Source: Oopsacas minuta
Taxonomy: Eukaryota > Animalia > Porifera
Assembly: GCA_024704765.1 (NCBI GenBank)
Contig: JAKMXF010000210.1
Location: 620,001 to 684,000, forward strand
DNA: 64,000 nt
Direction: 5' to 3'
In this document: positions 1 to 10,700 of the stretch, one piece after another
How the letters are laid out: every line of letters begins with the position of its first letter
Numbering within the stretch: position 1 is the stretch's first letter
Notes under the pieces: model-generated
Told to the model about the DNA's origin: nothing
The model's database searches: none
Seen by the model: only the letters and a program-made list of their open reading frames with translations
Program-made: the position numbers and the translations under genes

Positions 1-2
1 AG

Positions 3-734
3 ATAGTAGAGGCATTCGGTATCAATCCTCAGTTCGAAACTAACGTTCTAGCTAAGAACTTGCATATTCTGTGCATGACGCAGTATAAAGAAGATTTCCC
101 ATTCGACATAATATTCCCTCCACAAGTTAATACTAATGTAATAGCAGAATGGCTATCTGTAAATCATATCCCTCAATTCCACTGTGCAGAGACGGAGAAG
201 TATGCACATGTTACGTTCTTCTTTAACGGGGGTCAGGAGAAGCAGTTCGAGGGGGAGGAGAGATCCTTAGTCCCTTCCCCCAAAGTAGCTACATACGATC
301 TAAAACCTGAGATGAGTGTTATGGAAGTAGCAGAAGAAATGTGTAAAGCAATCAAATCTGGTAAGTACCCGTTTCTAATGTGTAACCTAGCTCCACCAGA
401 TATGGTAGGACACACAGGCAAATATGATCCTTGTGTATTAGCCTGTCAAAGCACTGACGTAGCTATAGGGATGATGCGAGAAGCTTGTAAGACTTCTGGA
501 TACACACTGCTTGTTACAGCTGATCACGGGAATGCAGAGAAGATGTACAGTGAGACAGGAGGACCCCATACAGCACACACCACTAACAGAGTACCATTCT
601 GTATGTATGGGTCTAAGAGAGAATTCAAGAAGTGTGAGCATGACCCCGCACTGTGTGACGTAGCTCCTACCATTCTAACTCTAATGGGATTTAATCCACC
701 CAAACAGATGACTGGACAGAATCTCCTTAGTTAA
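3..734 (+). CDS. gpmI: Cofactor-independent phosphoglycerate mutase (iPGM), C-terminal part; 5' end lies outside the window
   Basis: Frame is open from position 3. Motifs AETEKYAHVTFFFNGG, SPKVATYDLKPEMS, NLAPPDMVGHTG, TADHGNAE and HTAHT are typical of iPGM. Confidence 0.93.
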   Translation: MVEAFGINPQFETNVLAKNLHILCMTQYKEDFPFDIIFPPQVNTNVIAEWLSVNHIPQFHCAETEKYAHVTFFFNGGQEKQFEGEERSLVPSPKVATYDLKPEMSVMEVAEEMCKAIKSGKYPFLMCNLAPPDMVGHTGKYDPCVLACQSTDVAIGMMREACKTSGYTLLVTADHGNAEKMYSETGGPHTAHTTNRVPFCMYGSKREFKKCEHDPALCDVAPTILTLMGFNPPKQMTGQNLLS

Positions 735-832
735 GATTCAAAGATTGTGATAGTATACTTAAGAATTGGTTAATAATATTGTGTATTAGTTATGTTAATA
801 AGATTTCAGTAGTAATGTATAGTTATACTTAC

Positions 833-3800
833 CCCACAACACATGTATCCCCGCTTCTAGGAGACCACTCCAGACATCTAGCAGCAAAATTTCTCTTGTC
901 TATTTTCATCTGTAGAGCTCCATTCCACGTAGAATAAGTGCAAACTAGTCCCTCGTAATAACCGGCGAGTATAAACTGACCGCAAGGACTGAATTTAACC
1001 TTCATGGCGTATCCTGCTCCCGGGGAGGAGATTGAGAGGAGAGGTTTACCTATTAAACCAGACCAAACCTTAGCTTTGCAATCTTCACTTCCTGTAACCA
1101 GGAACTGTCCATTGGGCGTGTAACACAAGCTTGTCAGAGGTAGATTGTGTCCTATAATTGATCCCACTTGAGTCCCTGCCTTAGTTGACCATATCTTAAC
1201 CTCTCCGTTGAGTGACGCACTAGCTACATGTCTGCCTGAGGGGGCGTAGGCTACTGCTCTGACGGCTGAAGTATGCCCCTTCATGATCTTGAGTTTCCTC
1301 TGATTAAATGTATCCCACATTCTGACATTACAATCCCAGCCTCCGAATACAGCTAGCTGGTTATCAGGATGTAGTGCTACACAGTTAAGAGGTTTTACTG
1401 CTATTTTAAGTTGTGATACAAATGCACCTGTCTTTGAATTCCACACACATCCAGTACAATCCCAACTAGCTGATATTATTTGCTTGCCATTACTTCCTGC
1501 TACACATTGAGATATTTTCTTAGAATGCTTCTTCATAACTGATATTCTGTGTCCGTCTATCACATCCCAGAGACAGAGAGTCTTGTCTTCTGAAGCTGAA
1601 CACATCCTTGTATCACCTACAAACCAAATATTGCATAGATGCATATACATCATATAACAATGTGCCGTAATTACCTGAGAAACATAAACTGACGATAGGA
1701 CCAGCATGTCCTACAAATGTCTTGGCTTCTTCTCCTGTGTTTATGATGTATAGCTTGATTAGACAGTCATTTGTACCACAGGCTAAATGCCTACCATCCT
1801 ATTTGCAAATATGTTAATTAGTCATATACTATACTTTATGATATTTGATATATATTTACCTGTGAGACCGCGAGACACTTTGCGACATGTCCCTGTTGTC
1901 CAATTGTCATCTGATCTAACACCTCTCTGGAAGGCTTGTTCTCCCAGAAAGCTAACTGTCCTAAGGAGTCTCCCTTCCTTGAGGTCAATATCCGCTCTCC
2001 TGCGGTAGGAATACTGGAGAGAGGGGAATTGAGAGCCTGTTGTATCAACAGAGATGGAGTATGCCTTATGATGTGGAGGTTAGACGACACAAAGTTATGG
2101 AAATCTGTAACCTCAGGTGTACTCATGTGTTTAATATATTCTCGTGTCTGTATCTGAGGAAGATTTATAGGAGGAGAATAATCCTCTAGGAGAGAAAGGG
2201 CGTGTCCAGAATGACACTTGGCCTCTAGGAAAGTCAAGTCTGTGAGTAGAGCAAGGTTCTTCTTGAAAGCATAGCATTTGTTCAGATGGTAGTTGACATC
2301 TCTGTAAGCCCTGGGGTTACGTCCACTCCAACTCATGTTTCCGTCGGGATCTATCGTCTTCAAGAAGTAATTTGCAAGTGTTGTGTGACATTCCTTCTCT
2401 ACTTCTGCTCCCTTCATATATCTCAGTTTTACTGCTTTCCTAGCCTCTCCCTACAACATTAATAATCATATAATCAATACCACATACTAGATAGATAGGA
2501 TAAGATCCTTACATACCTGAAATAAACATATATAAGTGTTGTTAGATGAGCTAGATTCATTCTCTGTACTTTTAACAAAGTCATTCAACGCTCTTACAAG
2601 TCTCTGTAGATTAGCAGGAGCCATTTTAGGCTGAATCATTCCTAATAACTCTTCCTCGTTCAATCCATCTCTACTGCACACAATAAGACATAGAGCTTGT
2701 TTGGAAGTTTCCTTGGTGTGATCATCTTCCAGACGAGCTAGAATCTCTTGTAGAAGTAAGGGTAGTGTCTGGCTAATCCTCTTTATTCTATCAACTATCT
2801 TCTCGAATATTCCGAACACACGTAGCTCTTCACAAGCTAACTTTAAGAAGAGAGGATTATCAGACTCTTTCTTAGAGAGTAGTACTCTCATCTCTCCACT
2901 GAATGCTCCTTCATCTAACTTCTTATGATGTCTAGATAGGAGAGTATTAACTAGATTTTCTTTGTCAAACACATCTAGTCCTTTCAGACGGAACAAAGTA
3001 GGCTTGGTTAACCTCCTCCCTAATGATAATTCAATCTGAGTTCCTTCTACAGCACTGATAACAAACAAGATATTTGATGGTATAGGGTCAGGTAACCACT
3101 CGAGGGATTGAGCCATAAATGCGTGTTCTAACAGGTCCAATCCATCCAGGATAATCACTAGCGGTACTCCAGTTGTAAGGCTCTTTGAGACTTGTCTTAG
3201 GTGTTCTGGTAATCCTGCCACGAGGCTTTGGTAATCTTGCGGAATTTCACACTCAATGCTAGGAAACCTGCGATTAATTTCCGCGTAGAGTCTTATCAGT
3301 ATATTTACAACATTAGTGGATCCAGGAGCTGCTCCACAGATGTGCGATATTACATGTTTTATTCCTATCCAAGCGATCAGCTGTTGTGACAGCTGACACA
3401 TGACAGCTGACTTTCCAGAACCTGGTTTACCGTTGGCAAATATTACTCCACCTTGTATTCCATCTTGAGCTACTTTATTCATTAATTCCTTGAGCGCAGC
3501 TTTCCTACCAATGAATCCATCACTCAGATTTGCGATGAATTCCGTGTGTTCTTTGCTGATATCAACTAGCAAATACATTGTAAGTTAAATGCAATGGTAT
3601 ACATTAAGTTAATCATTTGTATTACCTTTCCTATCCGGATTTTCGTCTATTTCTGGGTATATATTTTGAATTGCATTCCAGAGATTGTTTAGAACTCTGT
3701 TACCGAACTCTGTCAGGCCGCCAGCTACTGGTACGCCCCCTACCACACCTCCCCAGGTAGCAGGATAGTTATCAAACACCTCAATACCTGATCCCCTGAC

Positions 3801-6800
3801 GCTATCTTTCAGGTCTCTTATCCGTTTAACTCTGTCCTGCTCTTTATCACTGTGATAGAAGTGAGATCTGTATTCAGGTAGTATCTACACATAATTATAG
3901 AAGTATAAAACATGATCATAATAGGTTATTACATACTTACGTCTTTGGATAGTTTAGAGTTATCTCTGAAATAAAAGAACGAAGTCTCTTGAGCTAGTTC
4001 AGGATTGTTTAGAGATGATATACAGAATTCTAGTTCTGTGATAGAAGTTTCGTTAAACCTCTTTTCATCTGATTGTATCCATGGAAACTCTGGATAACTC
4101 TTTAAATATTCGAATCCTGGTACCCATCCGTATCTCTCTCCCATCATTCCTATAAACAAGTCACATTTTTCTGCCTCAGCTAGACATAGACTGAGTGCTT
4201 GTTTGTTCTCAGATTGTTGTCTGGTTACACCCCATCTTAGGTCTACTTCATAAATTCGTACTTTTAGTTGTTCTGCTCTTGCTCTCAGCTCTGGAAATAC
4301 GAATCTAAAAGAGTATAGTTAATCAACCTTGTATATACGTATAGAGATTGAGCATGTGAACATGATAACCTTGTCAGTAGATCTCGCTCTCCGTGCATGT
4401 CTAAGAAAGTACTCGAAATAAATACTCTACAACTCCTCCAGTCACTAGTAGAGATGCCAGGGAGAGGAGCCATCTTCTTTAACCTCTGCTCTACGTTACT
4501 CTTATCCAATCTACTTACTGTCTTCTTACTATTTTCTTTCTCTTTAAGCTCGTACTTCAAGTCTATATTTTCAACATGTGTCAGCTGAGCACTATCTCCT
4601 CTCTGATTGATAAAGCTAAGAATCTGGTCACTATACCCTGACAAGTATATGTCATTCTCATGCTCTGGTGTCATACTCTCATCTAACCTAGCTCTGGGAG
4701 ATGACAGGTCTACTGAGACGAAGAGTAGGTTAGGATTAACAAACTCTCTGTACTTCCTGAGGAAAGATTTGAATTCTCTTCCAGAATTCTCCTCAGATTC
4801 ATAGTCTATAGTGTTAGATAGTACAATAAGATTGTCTATAGGGATCCTGTCCTTTAAATAGTTCTTGAGATAAGCTACAGGTAGTCCAGATGTGTTGCTG
4901 TCGAATGCTGAATTGTTTATCAGCTGCATTAGAGCAGATAGATTGTGTAGGATGGTACCTTCTTGTAAATTAAACTCTTGAAAGTCTGTAGTAAATCCTA
5001 TCAGCTTACAATCTTCACAAGAATACTTACACATTAAACCCAGCAGTAATCCAACCTACAAGTACACACATGAATACTATGTATACCAGCTCTATTTTGA
5101 GTAACTTACTTCCTTAACTGTCCTTGGGGTACCCATCCCTTTGAAAGCAGTGCACGGTACATCTAATGCTTTAGACACACAACATAATACAATAGTTACA
5201 CCAGGTATAGGCTGTATGTTGAATTTAGTAGCAATCTTAACTGCTGTGTCAAGAGCATCTCTCAATCGTTTAACAACATCTTTATCAACTCTGCTATATT
5301 TCTCTAGATCTTTGTTGTATTGTATATCTGCTTTGGCTATCTGTTTGGGGGTAGGTCCCCTCTGCATACGTCCTCCCCTTCCCCCTCTACCTCCTCTACC
5401 TCCCCTACCACCAGTACTCGGGAGATAGTCTTTGATTCTAATATCTCTAGCTGAGGCCACATTAGCTTCTAAACTCTCTTTCTTCTTCTCTACCTCTTCT
5501 AACGCCTAGTATAATTATAGATGATAAGTACTCAGCCCGTAATATAACTCCTCCTCTAGCAATAGGTTATATGTACCTGGTAAGCAGAGAAGAATCTGAA
5601 TGGGAATTGTCTACTATTAGTAACTGCATACTCATCAGTTAACTTCTTTATAACCCAGCTGAAGTACTTAGGCTGTACTCCAGCTAGTAATAGATTCCTC
5701 ATATTACGTAACATAGCCATGAATGGTAGCTTATTATGGTCAATAAGCTCCTCCCAAACTTTAGCCTTGTTCCCTCGTGTGGATATTTGAGTCTCCCAGG
5801 TTTCAGGGACAGGAAGTCTCATCCGTTTTCCAGCTTTATCCTCATCCCACATTCCAATGAGGCCTGCTCTACGGAACGCTTCTGGATCCTCTGGATACCT
5901 CTTTCCTATATAATCATAAAGTAAATGATATTATCTATGTATTAGCTAGTTGTAACGTTACCTAGTAGTGACATTACTGGTTCCACTGGCTTGCATATAT
6001 GTAGCTTTCTGATCAGCTGTTTGAGAGTGAATGACAGTTGCTGCATCTCATCTATTGTGACTGAGTAGTTCTCATCTAATTGTATCTTACCCCATTCTTC
6101 TTCTGAGTTCCATCCATCATCAGAACTACTATCACTATATGTTGTGGCATCATAGCTATCTAGCTCGTCATCACTTGACTCACTGCTAGAATCGAATAAG
6201 TTACCTAAGTTTTCTCTAAAGAATATTTGGTAAAATATGGGTTTAATAATAAGATGATCGTTGTGTGGTATAACTTACTTCGATCCTGGTGATACAGAGC
6301 GCTTCCTCTCTTTTTGTTCGGTGGGAAATCCCAGACGCTGAGGCTTACCAGCTTTCTTGTTTTCTCGCTTCTTCCTATTCTTTGCTTTATCTTTGTTATA
6401 CTTTGCCAGCTGATAGTTGTCAAAATCCTGAAACTTAGTCATCATAACCTTCCTTAGAGCTACAGGTAGGCTCTTGAACTTTATCCCTGAGTCACATAGT
6501 GTCTGATATAACTCTGCTACTTCTATCCAGTCAGAGGGGAGACGGATACAGGTAGTGTAATATCGCTTGAGATAAGGTCTACAGCTGTGGAGCATTGATG
6601 CGAATGCGAGTAGGAAATTAGAAGGGGTTCTGAGATTCAGTTCTTGTCTCGAATAGAGAACTGATTTCAAAACGAATTCTGGATCATAGAAAGCTACACG
6701 ACTAGCTATGTACATCAGAACCAATCGTCCATGGTTCTTGGGATCTTTGTAGTTAGGACCTCCAATTAGTGCTGCAGCCATTCCATGCAAGAGTTGTCTT

Positions 6801-7414
6801 TTTGCGTTAATGATATCATCAGAAGCTTTGTGTACTCCTCCTGTTAGTGACATTGATAGTTCTATTGTTGGATCTGGAAATCCAAGGATAGTCTCTTGCT
6901 CTATCTGCTCTTGAGCTAGAGTGTATAGGGGGAGATCCTCGGTAGCACAACCTAGGAAAGGGATGACCCCTCCATCCTCCTCTCCAACCAGTTTACGGGG
7001 GACACCAGGATCCTGTTTCTGTAAGGAGGTAGTGCGAAGTTTGGAGATGCTAGAAAACTCTGTGGGCTTATAAGAAGTAGTAGTTCGTGTTGATAAACTA
7101 GACAAGTTTTTGGAGGAGAGAGATCCGGTCAGAGAAGTAGAAGTAGAAGTAGAAGTAGAAGTACCCTTTGATAGAGAGCTGTATTTCCCTGCTGAGCTGC
7201 TGAGGAGAGATGGCCGGGCATGGGGCATGAGAGAAGAGCCGGATGCACGAGAAGGCCCTAAATCTGAGGACGTTCGTAGACTACTGGTTAGTTTGAGTGA
7301 GCTGTGTGTGTGTAGTGATGAAGTTCTGGAAGAGGTGAGAGAGGATTTTGATTCTAACTTCTTGGAAGTTAGAGACGAGGAACTGAGACTAGATTTTGTG
7401 TTGAAACTCGCCAT
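833..7414 (-). CDS. TEP1: Telomerase protein component 1 / vault-associated protein (TROVE, vWA, DUF4062, NACHT, WD40); multi-exon, 3' end continues leftward through an intron
   Basis: Exons include 7414-6279 (TROVE start, DPEFVLK...YSRQELNLR), ~5905-5577 (WEELIDHNKLPFMAMLRN), ~5510-5102, ~5070-4340 (FISSTFLDMHGERDLL), ~4300-3940 (DLRWGV, GERYGWVP), NACHT Walker A GKPGSGKS in 3578-2518, ~2450-1860, and WD40 exons ~1800-833. Introns are GT-AG. The last visible exon ends at a GTAAGT donor at 832. Inner boundaries are approximate. Confidence 0.9.
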
Positions 7415-7718
7415 GAGCTCAACTTCTTGATTTCTGTATAAACTTTATGAATAATAAATGAAGCTATCCTAAAATTATAACTAAACCTAACATTATAATA
7501 CACAAGTCCCTCTTATATAATGTAACAGTATTGTAACTTGAGTACTTCACAATTATTCTAATTTTAGCCTAGTTCTGTCTGGTATATTGTGATGTAGCAT
7601 CTTCTTCATTAATTAATAAGTCACTGAGGCGTTGCTTTGACAAATTTAGTATCTTGTTGATTGTTTGTTTAATCTCCGAAGAGACAATTCTTATATTATT
7701 TAATTCAATTATTTTAGA
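7415..7718. promoter_or_regulatory. Probable bidirectional promoter between divergent TEP1 and the REJ receptor gene
   Basis: 304-bp AT-rich interval between head-to-head start codons. Confidence 0.45.
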
Positions 7719-10700
7719 ATGAAGTTAGTTATTTTGATAATTTTATGTCTCATTATTACCACCTCTTTATCAATTGAGATTACTCGTATTAACCCTCTCA
7801 GTGGACCCACTAGCGGTGGTACAGTAGTCTCCGTATGGGGGACTGGCTTCATTGGAGGTGCAGGAGGAGCTGTTTGTTACTGGCAAGGTGAGGGTGGGAA
7901 CTTTGGAGCAAGCAGTGACATTACTGCAAATATCAATGACTCTTACTTAGAATGTACACTCCCGAGTCTTGAGACGATTGATAGCTTCCAGAGAATATCT
8001 GTTGGAAAAGATTATGTGGAAATAGACTTCTATATTTCTCACAATCAGACTCTGTCTGCCAATAGTTTTAGCTTTATTTTTTTCAATCTGTCTAGACTCT
8101 ACGTCACAAACTTATCCCCTCAAGAAGGGCTGTACACACAATCACAAGATGTTACTTTCTCAGTTCACAATCTCTACTACACTGATGAGCTAGTCTGTAT
8201 CTTGTTACAAGGTATCTATCCAATTACTGGTGTTACTCTTGGGTCTATTGATGTAGTGACGTGTCAGATTCCATCAGTTTCTTATTCTAGAAGAGAACAG
8301 GTGTTCTTGAGTCTGAATGGAGATGTGTTTGGTATAATACCACCTGCTGTAGATAATAGTCTATACTTTATATTCTATAACGATGCTCCTGAGGTTGTAG
8401 TTAGCTACTCAACTTCTCTGACTCTTCTCTTTCTCAATTTCGACAGAGAGGTGGAGACAGGAGGACGGGACCAGGTTAACTCTAATCTCCCTCCAGACTG
8501 TGCTCTCTTATTCACAGAACTCTCATTAAATCAGCTGGGGAGTGATGCTGTATGTAATTGGGACAACTATCATCAGAGGAGATTAGTTATAGAGCTTACA
8601 CATCTTACTTCTCTGAGAGGTGTTTCTAGAATATTCTATACTTCTACTCAATCAATACGTACTCGCTATGCAGCATACTCCTATATTTTAGAAGACAGTT
8701 CTCCTATACTACAGGACAATACCTTACCCATTCCTGCTCTACACACTTACTCTCATATCCCTACTTGTGGTAGTATGGAATTTAATGCTATTTCCTCTCA
8801 GCTGGGAGGATCACAAGATCTAGTAGCTAGCTGGAGTGTGTCAGCGGATGATCAAGTTGCTGAGCAACTGATATCTGAATTCACTTCTCAATCTGGTTTA
8901 CAATGGTCTCTCCCGGTCTCTTTATTTGAATCAGCTGTTACTTATACTGTAAATCTATCCTTGAATAACTTTATAGATAATAGTATAGTCTATTCTATCT
9001 TTCTGACCGAATCACCAGCTGATCTGCCCTCTGTTATAATACACTCTCATATCCCTGGTACGCTGTATACACACAGAGATACTCTGATACTAGTTACTGT
9101 GGATATTCCTGTTTGTCTGTCTATCACTCACTCTCCTCTCTCATTCTCTTGGACTCTCTCTAACCCGGTCACTTCTCCTCTTACTTCTAGCCTACCTGTA
9201 CTGTTTATTCCTGCTAATATGCTCAATATGTCTAATCAAATAACTTATACATTATCTGATGGTAACAAGTCTCTTACTTCTCTATTCTCTATCGATTTAA
9301 CACTGGGTGATCCTGTAGCACTAATCTTAGGGGGAGATATACGGACACACTATCTCGAAGAGGATCTTATCATTGATGGGTCTGGTTCTTTCGACCCCTC
9401 CCAACACTCTCTAACCTACAGCTGGACTTGTGTGGATACTGAAGGCCTAACACCCTGTGAAGATAACAATAATAACCTCTTGATAACACAAGATTCTAAC
9501 AAGCAATATATGTTTGAACAAGTTAAGTTAAGAGAATCAGTCATACAATTCTCTCTGGTAGTAGTAACTAGTGACTCCCGTATATCAGCTACTAGTTATC
9601 TCACAGTGCACATCAGTTCTTCTACTCCTGACCTGATTTACTTCAATCCGATATCATACCTCCGTGTCCCTGTTAATCAGCTGACACTGGTAACAGGCTG
9701 GGTGAGGTCCTCCTCTCCTCTAAATACTTTATTAATATCTACAGAGAAGGATGTAGTAGATGATCAGTACTATTATGATTACTCTCCTGATTTGGAGGTA
9801 GAATATATTTCATTTATATCACTCCCTTCTCTTTACCAGCTCCCCTATGACTCTATCTATCTACCAACCATGAGATTAACTCAATTCTCATTTCTTATAC
9901 CTCTTATATACTTAGCAACAAGACAGAAGTTCAGACTGATGGCTAGTTTAAGTTGTGATAGTATTTCTACTGCTATAGCTAAGATGGATATTCTGATTGA
10001 CTCAGCTCCTCACTTAGGGGGAATAACACACTCTAGCTATATGAATAATGGAGTTGAGGTGTATTCTATGATAGCTAGCGGGTGGATAGATACTCCAAGT
10101 GCTCTCCCTCTCAAATACAGATATGGTATCAGACAGGAGAGTGAGGTGCACTGGTTAACTCCCTCTACCACTCTCTCACAACTAGACACCCCTCTATTGT
10201 GTAGCATAAGTGGAGAACTACCATTGATATTAGAGGTAGAGAATAGTATTGGGAGTGTAGTGCTTTATCCCTACGAGATATTCATATCAACACATGATGA
10301 CGTAATAGGTGCCCTAGATAAGGTCAAACAGAAGTTGGTATATGGTTATAACGTTATGAGTGGATTGAGTATAGTAAGCAGTATTATATACTTCTATAAG
10401 ATAGAGGAACAGCTGATTCCTACAGATATAGCTGATACCCTCTGGGTGTATATAATGTCTGCTTACTGGTCTATTCTCCCTCAGGAGAGATCATTCACCA
10501 GACATGTAATATTCCTAATAACTGAGTTTATATTACAAGTTAATATACCATCAGCTACACAGACTGAAGAGATATTTGATGTTCTAGAACATTCTTTAAC
10601 TTCTGTTATCAGCTGTTCTGTTGATATCTCTGATAGAGGTATTACTACTCAGTTGTTCAACAACACATTTGCTGCAATAGCGAAACTTGACACTCCTGAT

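Noticed and set aside
5860-5905. Apparent frameshift in a TEP1 exon
   Set aside because: Re-reading across the line break gives KRYPEDPEAFRRAGLIGMWDEDKAGKRM in one frame; the exon is intact.
7110-7430. 106-aa + strand ORF with (EV)n repeat
   Set aside because: Antisense shadow of the TEP1 Ser/Thr low-complexity N-terminus.
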